Positions 28,548 to 35,087 of a stretch of DNA of 35,087 bases are shown here, piece after piece. Origin of the DNA: a virus. The position numbers and the translations under genes are program-made. Under the pieces are notes generated by a model that had not been told where the DNA came from, did no database searches, and saw nothing but the letters and a program-made list of their open reading frames with translations. Numbering within the stretch: the stretch's first letter is position 1; each line of letters starts with the position of its first letter. The stretch is from UHGV virus genome UHGV-0145327; one strand, 5' to 3'.

Positions 28548-29129
28548 TTACTTGTTTTTGCCATGCTTATACTGAGCGATAAGTTCATCCATAAGACTGT
28601 CTTTCTTCCCAGCAAACCTAATGTAGCACTCATTTCTATAGCGTTCCGGGATAACAAAACGGTCGATTTCAGGATATCCAGTAGCAGAAGGTACCCGAAT
28701 AAGAAGCCCTTTTTCGAGCAATGAGATTGCTTCAGGGCTTCCCTTTTCTGTCTTTAGCTGGTTATTAGCGGCTACAGCGAATGCCAAATACGCTCTTTCT
28801 CCAAGAGTTAACGAATCAAACAAATCTTGCACGTATTTCTCTTCTTTAGATTTGCGCTTCTGAGCAGCGAATATCTCAATTCTTTCAGTCACAGCGTGAT
28901 AAGCGGAATTAACAACGCCGTTAAGCACATAGCTAACGCAAAACAACAGGATGTAATACATCCAGTAATGAGGAAGGATTTCTGGATTATGCAGGTTTAT
29001 CCATTCTTTTACGCTTACAGGCATAACAATAATCAATATGATTAGGATGATTAGCATATGAATCAACTGTTTAAGTGTCATTCCTTGCAGGAAAAAATGC
29101 ATTAGTTCCTGCCACCATGAGTTGTTCAT
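28548..29129 (-). CDS. sieB: Superinfection exclusion protein SieB-like membrane protein (193 aa)
   Basis: Lies next to N on the opposite strand as sieB does in lambda; similar size (about 192 aa); N-terminal transmembrane segments (LIHMLIILIILIIVMPV, YWMYYILLFCVSYVL). Confidence 0.75.
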   Translation of the reverse strand: MNNSWWQELMHFFLQGMTLKQLIHMLIILIILIIVMPVSVKEWINLHNPEILPHYWMYYILLFCVSYVLNGVVNSAYHAVTERIEIFAAQKRKSKEEKYVQDLFDSLTLGERAYLAFAVAANNQLKTEKGSPEAISLLEKGLLIRVPSATGYPEIDRFVIPERYRNECYIRFAGKKDSLMDELIAQYKHGKNK

Positions 29130-29343
29130 CGGCGTTTCTCTTTTGCTCTCTGTAGGGGTGAATAGAGTTTATCCGATTTCTCGCTGTAGGGGTACACGAG
29201 AACCACCGAGCCTGATGTGGTTAAAAGACAGGCATACTAATAAACACTGCACTGTGTATTCATTCCAACGAGTGAATACACTGAGCAATGTCGCTCGTAA
29301 CTAAACAGGAGCCGACTTGTTCTGATTATTGGAAATCTTCTTT

Positions 29344-29369
29344 GCCCTCCAGTGTGAGGGCATTTTTTT
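29344..29369 (+). terminator. Intrinsic terminator in the PL operon (tL-like)
   Basis: GCCCTC-cagtgt-GAGGGC followed by ATTTTTTT. Confidence 0.6.
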
Positions 29370-29381
29370 GACGGAGAAAAT

Positions 29382-29693
29382 ATGAAATTACGTGTCTGGC
29401 ATATCCCGCAAGTACCTATGAAGCCGTTCATTGTAGAAGTGGCAAGTGTTGAAGAGGGTGTTCGCCTGATGGATGCACTGGCTGATTATGATGCCTTTCA
29501 GTATGACAACAATATCAAGCCTGACTACTGCAATGCTAACGGCCTTGAGATGTGGGATGAGAGCCTTATCGATGAAGATTTATCAGATATGGGGCTTACT
29601 GATCGCTGGGTGGATTGGTACAGCGAATGCCAATGTTACGACGACCCACGTAAATATCTCGAAAGCCTGAAAGAAGAAACATCAGCCGCCTAA
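29382..29693 (+). CDS. Hypothetical acidic protein (103 aa), first gene after sieB in the PL operon
   Basis: GGAGAAAAT-ATG start; Cys-containing acidic protein. Position corresponds to P22 gene 17 / lambda ral region, but I cannot confirm the family from sequence. Confidence 0.55.
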   Translation: MKLRVWHIPQVPMKPFIVEVASVEEGVRLMDALADYDAFQYDNNIKPDYCNANGLEMWDESLIDEDLSDMGLTDRWVDWYSECQCYDDPRKYLESLKEETSAA

Positions 29694-29768
29694 GCGCGGC
29701 TTTACCGCATACCAATAACGCTTCACTCGAGGCGTTTTCGTTATGCAATCAAACAGAAGGAGAATCCT

Positions 29769-29939
29769 ATGCAACAGTTCGCTATTGCAGGGGCGGCATC
29801 GGTTCGCCCTTTCAACCCGATTTTATCGGTACAGCATTCACGAAAAAATATTTTAACCGGAGCAGACTTTAAACAACCAAGAATGAAAAGTTTGCTCGAA
29901 AAGCTTTGGGATATTTTGAAACAACAAGGCCGTCCATGA
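29769..29939 (+). CDS. cIII: CIII-like FtsH inhibitor (56 aa), not in the ORF track
   Basis: My translation MQQFAIAGAASVRPFNPILSVQHSRKNILTGADFKQPRMKSLLEKLWDILKQQGRP resembles lambda CIII (MQYAIAG...SLLERITRKLRDGWKRLIDILNQPG); AAGGAG Shine-Dalgarno 7 nt upstream. Confidence 0.75.
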   Translation: MQQFAIAGAASVRPFNPILSVQHSRKNILTGADFKQPRMKSLLEKLWDILKQQGRP

Positions 29940-30020
29940 GTTTTACAGATAACTGGTCAGACGAAGAATTCATTCGTCAGATGAAAGAAATGCTCAATCA
30001 GCACAAAGAACAGGAGAAAG

Positions 30021-30332
30021 ATGATGATTCTGACTCTGAAAGATGAGCGTGAAATATCGCAAATAATCGCAAGTTTTACTGATGAAGATTACGAACGAAT
30101 CAACAGTGAAGTTGATCGCCTCTGCAAACGTTGCGACCCAATAAGCGAAATGCTTCGCTCATATAAACCAGATGAACACACTAAGGACGCTATCGACTGG
30201 CTGGAAGATTATGACTGTAACTATCAGGAAAAAGCCGCTGAATGGTTCTGGGATGCAATAACCGAAAGAGTTAAGGCTGAATATGCCTTCGCAATATTCA
30301 AACGCAGACACGTTTATGGAGAAGCAGCATGA
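30021..30332 (+). CDS. Hypothetical protein (103 aa)
   Basis: ORF translationally coupled to recT (stop overlaps the recT ATG); no family recognised. Confidence 0.5.
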   Translation: MMILTLKDEREISQIIASFTDEDYERINSEVDRLCKRCDPISEMLRSYKPDEHTKDAIDWLEDYDCNYQEKAAEWFWDAITERVKAEYAFAIFKRRHVYGEAA

Positions 30333-31240
30333 GCAATATCGTTGAATTCGTTAAACAGCAAGAGCAGTTATTCTGCGGAGCATTGACTGAACAGACGGTG
30401 ACATGGGCTAAGGAAAGCCAGTTTGCAATTCAGTATTTCCAGAAAAATGATTACCTGGCTAAAACAGCACTGGCAAATCCAACCAGCGCACAGAACGCCA
30501 TCATCAATGTTGCGGCGATCGGTATCACCTTAAACCCGGCTAGCAAACTGGCTTATCTGGTTCCGCGCGACGGCATGGTGTGCCTTGATATCAGTTATAT
30601 GGGATTGCTCCATATTGCAATGGAGTCTGGTGTTATCTCATGGGGTCAGGCAAAACTTGTTCATGCTAACGATACCTATGAGTCAAACGGGCTTGATAAA
30701 GCACCAACCCATAAATACAACGCCTTCGGTGATCGTGGTGATATTGTTGGCGTTTACTGCACAGTTAAGACGCCAGCAGGTGATTATCTAACGGAAGAGA
30801 TGAGTCTGGCTGAAATTGAAGCTGTAAGGAAAACAAGCAAGGCAGCATTCAGCGATAAAGGACCATGGGTAAATCACTGGAATGAGATGGCGCGAAAGAC
30901 GGTCGTAAAGCGTGCAAGCAAGTATTGGCCTAAGGCATCACGTCTTGATAGTGCTATTCACGTACTAAACGAAGAAGAAGGTGTGTGGACTGAACCAGTT
31001 ATGCCGCACAAATCAGAGGAAGATATCCGCGAAGATGAACGGAAACGACAGCAGGAAATTATGGAAAAAGCACAACTTCTTTGTGATGAAATGGCTCAGG
31101 CTGAAAACATGGATGATTTGAAGCGATATTTTGCAGAAGCATATCGCCTGACATCTGGAATGAAATTGCAGCAGAACGTACAAGCCATTTACATAGAATG
31201 CAAAGCGAAACTGGAGGTTGCCAGTGAGCAAACTGTATGA
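30329..31240 (+). CDS. recT: RecT-family single-strand annealing recombinase (303 aa)
   Basis: ...VRKTSKAAFSDKGPWVNHWNEMARKTVVKRASKYWP... aligns with the RecT signature region (...GPWVTHWEEMAKKTAIRRLFKYLP...). Confidence 0.85.
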   Translation: MSNIVEFVKQQEQLFCGALTEQTVTWAKESQFAIQYFQKNDYLAKTALANPTSAQNAIINVAAIGITLNPASKLAYLVPRDGMVCLDISYMGLLHIAMESGVISWGQAKLVHANDTYESNGLDKAPTHKYNAFGDRGDIVGVYCTVKTPAGDYLTEEMSLAEIEAVRKTSKAAFSDKGPWVNHWNEMARKTVVKRASKYWPKASRLDSAIHVLNEEEGVWTEPVMPHKSEEDIREDERKRQQEIMEKAQLLCDEMAQAENMDDLKRYFAEAYRLTSGMKLQQNVQAIYIECKAKLEVASEQTV

Positions 31241-31706
31241 AATTGCCAATGAATACGCAAAATTGATGGATTCAGATTTAGAGCCAGAGATGATTGCTGA
31301 CACAATAGAAGGCATGGAAGGAGAATTTACCGATAAAATAGAGCAACTTCTCGCCATTATTAAAAATGAATCTGGTTATGCTGAACGCCTCAAGGAAGAG
31401 GCAAAGTCACTAAATGAGAGAGCCGCAGTAATTCAAAATAAGATTGACAGCATTATGGCGTATATAGCGTCATCGCTTGAAATGGTTGGCAAGAAAAAGA
31501 TTCGAGCAGGTATTCACCAGGTAACAATTCGCAAACCGTCAGAAATTGTAGAAATAATCGACTCAAGCGCCCTTCCTCCTGAATACGTTGAGTTTGAAAC
31601 GACAATTAAAGCCGACAAACTGGCAATCAAACACCAACTAAAAGCAGGAATAAATATCCCCGGCGCTCAACTCAAAGTTGGGAAACCTTCACTTCTTATC
31701 AAATAA
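31224..31706 (+). CDS. Hypothetical protein immediately after recT (about 160 aa; possibly a Gp157-like recT-associated protein)
   Basis: GGAGG at 31213-31217 then GTG at 31224; coiled-coil-like sequence; family assignment is a guess from gene context. Confidence 0.5.
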   Translation: MSKLYEIANEYAKLMDSDLEPEMIADTIEGMEGEFTDKIEQLLAIIKNESGYAERLKEEAKSLNERAAVIQNKIDSIMAYIASSLEMVGKKKIRAGIHQVTIRKPSEIVEIIDSSALPPEYVEFETTIKADKLAIKHQLKAGINIPGAQLKVGKPSLLIK

Positions 31707-31717
31707 CGGTATCGCCT

Positions 31718-32032
31718 ATGAAAAAGACTCCATGGGAGAAATGGGAAGTCGATTTCTTGCGCGAAGTGGCGGCGACAATGCCAGTTGAAGTTATCGCTGA
31801 AAAACTGGAAAGGACTGAAAAAGCAGTAATGGCGAAAGCAACAAGGATTGGCGCTGACATTGTTAGCCGACTTCGTGGAAGACGATGGACAAGAGCCGAA
31901 GTATCACTTTTCGGTAAGTTCTCCGCAGAAGAAATAGCAATTGCAACCTGCCGCTCAATTTATTCAGTAAGGGCTATGCGATACAAGCTAAAAAAACTCG
32001 ATGAAGAAAGAGCAGGCATACGAATAAATTAA
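31718..32032 (+). CDS. Hypothetical protein (104 aa)
   Basis: Complete ORF in the co-oriented early-left gene array; basic, possibly DNA-binding. Confidence 0.5.
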   Translation: MKKTPWEKWEVDFLREVAATMPVEVIAEKLERTEKAVMAKATRIGADIVSRLRGRRWTRAEVSLFGKFSAEEIAIATCRSIYSVRAMRYKLKKLDEERAGIRIN

Positions 32033-32048
32033 CATGGAGTAATTAACA

Positions 32049-32330
32049 ATGAAGCTAAACATCGACCTCGGCAAATACGTTATTACTGGAACAAAACACG
32101 ACCTGATTCTTAATGAAAGAGGAATTATCAAAGAAGGTGAGAATGCAGGGAAAGAAACACTAAGCCGTATCGGTTATTACAGCAAGTTTGAGCATCTGGT
32201 TAAAGAATTATGCAACCGTGAAATCCTGTTATCTCAGGCGCAGACGCTACAGGATATTCAGCAGCATATCGAAACTTTAGGTATGTCACTTAGCATGGCT
32301 ATTGACCAGTTCGTGGAGAGTAAATCATGA
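32049..32330 (+). CDS. Hypothetical protein (93 aa)
   Basis: Complete ORF in the co-oriented early-left gene array. Confidence 0.5.
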   Translation: MKLNIDLGKYVITGTKHDLILNERGIIKEGENAGKETLSRIGYYSKFEHLVKELCNREILLSQAQTLQDIQQHIETLGMSLSMAIDQFVESKS

Positions 32331-32487
32331 GAGGTCTTGCATACAATCCCGGCATTCTTCCGGCAGAAATGATTATTCGCCAACGCGTAAAGCCAATGCC
32401 ATCGAGAGAGGAATTGCTTAAGAGAAATTCTTTTCCATCAGTGAATCAAAACAAATATCTGAATGCGATGTGGCGGGGTGGGAAGAA

Positions 32488-33117
32488 ATGAAACAAATGT
32501 CACTAATTGAGATGGATGGATTTCTGAAAGGTAAATGCATCCCACGAGATTTAAAGGTTAACGAAACAAACGCTGAATATCTGGTGCGTAAGTTCGGTGA
32601 AGCGGAGGCCAAGATTTCGGCTCTGTCCGAAGACCAGCAGAGAGCGATTGAGTCAATTAAGCAGGCTGATGCGGCTGTTAAGTTGGCACACGAGAAGTTT
32701 TCGGCGCTGGCGGCGGAGAATGAACTGGCTCGTAAGGCAGTTCAGGCATTCTGCGATGTTGTTGGCGACAACACCGAGGTTATCGCTGAGGTGGTTGGGA
32801 GAGATGGCGTTCTGGTTATTTTGGAGGCCATGAAGGCAACAGGAAATATGCCTGCCACCGATGCTTTCCTGTCTGAAATACGTGCGGAGGCACGCAACGA
32901 GGGGATTAACTACACCGCAAGCCGCCTTGCTGCTGCGTTCAATCACGGATTTATCAATAAGTCTTTACGTGAAGTTTTCGACGTTACACGCATGATTCTG
33001 TCAGCGAAAGAAGAGTTGGCTAATGAACCGCATCCGATTGATGGCCTGTCTGGTGAATATGCGGAGAAATCCCTTGAAGAATGGGCGGAACAGATTCGCA
33101 AAGGAGTTCAGTCATGA
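32488..33117 (+). CDS. Hypothetical protein (about 209 aa from [11 protein letters not shown])
   Basis: ATG at 32488 overlaps the stop of an upstream small ORF (ATGA); the 32470 start in the track is less likely. Confidence 0.5.
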   Translation: MKQMSLIEMDGFLKGKCIPRDLKVNETNAEYLVRKFGEAEAKISALSEDQQRAIESIKQADAAVKLAHEKFSALAAENELARKAVQAFCDVVGDNTEVIAEVVGRDGVLVILEAMKATGNMPATDAFLSEIRAEARNEGINYTASRLAAAFNHGFINKSLREVFDVTRMILSAKEELANEPHPIDGLSGEYAEKSLEEWAEQIRKGVQS

Positions 33118-33347
33118 GCATCCGAACTGAACATGGATTTGGTCCTTCAACGGTCGAAGTCGAATGGCTTGATGATTGCCCTAAGTGCCAGCACGGCAAA
33201 GCCAAGGTAACAGGATGGTCGGTAACCAAAGATTCTTTGTGGGCGGGTGATGAGGCCGTTTGTTCCAAATGCGGTCACAAAGGTGAAATCGATGCTGATG
33301 GAGAGAATGCCTGGGTGGAATGGGACGAAATCGAGGAGGCGCAATGA
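33114..33347 (+). CDS. Small zinc-ribbon-like protein (77 aa)
   Basis: Two Cys pairs (CPKC ... CSKC); ATGA start overlap with the upstream gene. Confidence 0.55.
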   Translation: MSIRTEHGFGPSTVEVEWLDDCPKCQHGKAKVTGWSVTKDSLWAGDEAVCSKCGHKGEIDADGENAWVEWDEIEEAQ

Positions 33348-34009
33348 GCAACATCGACATCGACACACTGGCGCTGCGTGAGGCGGCAGAACGTGCAATT
33401 CCGGCAATGGAACGCCTGTTAATGTTGCCAGTTGATGATGATCTGATAAGTGAACAGGAACTTAAAGATTACGGTGTGGATATTGATGCGCTCAACGCCT
33501 TCAAATTTCTGGCCGGACCAGAAACCGTGCTGGCGCTTCTGGATGAACGGGAAAGAAACCAGCAATACATAAAACGCCGCGATCAGGAGAACGAGGATAT
33601 TGCGCTAACGGTAGGGAAACTGCTAATCGAAAACGGCCGGCTTGTTGCCGATACGCTACGCCACTTAGCTGATAACGAAATCGACTCTGATTATTTTGCT
33701 ATCACCTCAACGAATGAGAACGGTACTGAAATTGATCATGAGATGGCTATTACCGATTACGCACTGCAAGCTGCCGGAACTGTAGACGAATTGGTTGCGG
33801 CGCTGGAATCCGCAGAGAAGCGCATAGCAGAACTGGAAGCGCGGGAAATACTGCTCCCGGAACGTAGCAGTATGCTTCATCGAACAGATTTTCACGATGA
33901 TTACCAAACGGTAATGGCATACAAAGTTTCTGAAGTCATCGCTGCAATCCGCGCCGCTGGCATTCGCATCAAAGGAGGCGCAGGAGAACAAAACGATGAA
34001 AAACCGTAA
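33344..34009 (+). CDS. Ead/Ea22-like early-region protein (221 aa)
   Basis: N-terminus MSNIDIDTLALREAAERA resembles the conserved N-terminus of Ead/Ea22-like phage proteins (..ALREAAEKA..); ATGA overlap with the upstream gene. Confidence 0.6.
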   Translation: MSNIDIDTLALREAAERAIPAMERLLMLPVDDDLISEQELKDYGVDIDALNAFKFLAGPETVLALLDERERNQQYIKRRDQENEDIALTVGKLLIENGRLVADTLRHLADNEIDSDYFAITSTNENGTEIDHEMAITDYALQAAGTVDELVAALESAEKRIAELEAREILLPERSSMLHRTDFHDDYQTVMAYKVSEVIAAIRAAGIRIKGGAGEQNDEKP

Positions 34010-34189
34010 AGCAAAATTACTTCTTTTATCGCGTTCGACGGGGTACGAGAAGCTACCAATCAGCAATCACAAACGGGCGGTGATCGGCATGTTTGGTAGG
34101 GTGGTATTCGCATTTAACTATAAACCCACCGCGTCGCGGAACAGACGAGAGAAGGGGTACGCAGTGCGATGAAAAACCGTAAGGCAAAG
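33993..34189. repeat. Two copies of a roughly 21-bp direct repeat CGATGAAAAACCGTAARGCAAA, 174 bp apart, each starting a short ORF beginning MKNRKAK
   Basis: Copy 1 at 33993-34015 spans the 3' end of the Ead-like gene; copy 2 at 34167-34189. Confidence 0.5.
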
Positions 34190-34361
34190 ATGCTGATAGC
34201 AAAGCCGGGGCAGCGTATCCGTATCTCAAATCGGCTTGTTATTTACTATAGATATCTGGGTTTTAGGGGGTGTTCCTCTATTCGTTTTTACGGTGTCTGG
34301 CGAAACAGAAGCGCAGCACAAAACCGCTGGAAAAACCACTTTCGCACTAAAGGAGAGTGAT

Positions 34362-35087
34362 ATGACCACTATAACCGATAAGAAACAGTATCCAGGCGAG
34401 CAATATCTTAATGAGCTGATCACCAACATAGAGTTTGCTGCAAGGGCACCAGTTGAAGTCGTGAGAGCAATGGCAGCAGAGCTACAGAAGCGGCGCGAAG
34501 CTGATAGTGCCGAACCTGCAAGTAATCATGAAGAGTTGCCACTTGATTATCTCCAAGGTCAAAAAGATGGTCTTGAATGGGCTGCGCAGCTTGCAGAAGC
34601 AAATCACCCACAAACTGGCGACTGGCTTTACGATGACCCGCTGGAGCTGGCTAAAGCTATCAGAAAAGGTCCTGACATGCCCGAATTCGATGGACCAACT
34701 CCGATAACGCCGGAGGCCATTGAAAACGCAATTGAATATATCCGCAGTATCGCTTTTCACATCGATGAAGACGATTACCACGGCAAGCATATTGCGTATT
34801 TCATGCGACAAGCACTGGTCTGGCTGGAAGGGCATTCATGCAGCGACGACAGACAGGGTAAAGCCGAGAATCAACCAGTACGCGGCAACCAGGCTGCCGA
34901 ATCCAATCGCGGTAATGAGTGGACCGGCAATCCTGATATTGATAACGCCATCATCATGCTCGATCGCATAGATACGCTGGAAAGTTGCGATGATGACCGT
35001 ATTGAGGCGGTTAAGACTGTTTTGCGTAGACTGGCTGGCAACTATCCGGTAACTCCGGATGGTTGGATAAGCTGTAGTGAGCGAATG
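34362..35087 (+). CDS. Hypothetical early-region protein, 5' portion (gene continues past the right edge of the window)
   Basis: AAAGGAGAG Shine-Dalgarno then ATG at 34362; open reading frame (MTTITDKKQYPGEQYLNELITNIEFAARAPVEVVRAMAAELQKRREADSAEP...) runs to the window end without a stop, so it is absent from the ORF track. Confidence 0.55.
   Translation, partial: MTTITDKKQYPGEQYLNELITNIEFAARAPVEVVRAMAAELQKRREADSAEPASNHEELPLDYLQGQKDGLEWAAQLAEANHPQTGDWLYDDPLELAKAIRKGPDMPEFDGPTPITPEAIENAIEYIRSIAFHIDEDDYHGKHIAYFMRQALVWLEGHSCSDDRQGKAENQPVRGNQAAESNRGNEWTGNPDIDNAIIMLDRIDTLESCDDDRIEAVKTVLRRLAGNYPVTPDGWISCSERM

Noticed and set aside
29936-30046. 36-aa ORF (MSFTDNWSDEEF...) overlapping the cIII stop and the next gene
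   Set aside because: Possible small early gene in the kil position, but too short and unconserved in my reading to call; it overlaps the 30021 ORF by 26 nt.
32328-32492. 54-aa ORF ([15 protein letters not shown]...) between two early-region genes
   Set aside because: Plausible because of ATGA coupling on both sides, but no recognisable features, so not listed as a feature.

Overview
This window is almost entirely a lambdoid prophage or phage genome segment with P22-like (short-tailed) morphogenesis genes and lambda-like regulation, nin and lysis genes; the host is probably an enterobacterium. No rRNA, tRNA, CRISPR array or transposase was found. All identifications rest on reading the six-frame translations against remembered protein families; no database search was run. 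Layout: (1) the 5' end of a tailspike gene on the minus strand (1-694); (2) an immunity-I-like accessory locus (695-2635) with a Mnt repressor and a palindromic operator but no arc/ant/sieA, plus two uncharacterised genes; (3) a minus-strand late operon (2636-16581) running terminase small and large subunits, portal, scaffold, coat, gp4, gp10, gp26 needle, gp14, gp7, gp20, gp16; (4) a lambda-type lysis cassette S-R-Rz/Rz1 (17029-18246) with PR' and tR' and antiterminator Q; (5) a nin region (NinI phosphatase, NinH, NinG, NinF, NinE, Dam-like methyltransferase, NinB) carrying an AT-rich HNH endonuclease gene at the ninF/ninG junction; (6) replication genes (DnaB-like helicase, initiator with in-gene iterons); (7) the immunity region cII-nutR-cro-OR-cI-(rex-slot gene)-OL/PL-nutL-N-sieB; (8) a plus-strand early-left region with CIII, RecT and several small unknown genes. 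The best candidates for an undescribed system are the two genes between gp16 and the tailspike (1097-2611) and the small AT-rich membrane protein in the rexAB position (27529-27825).
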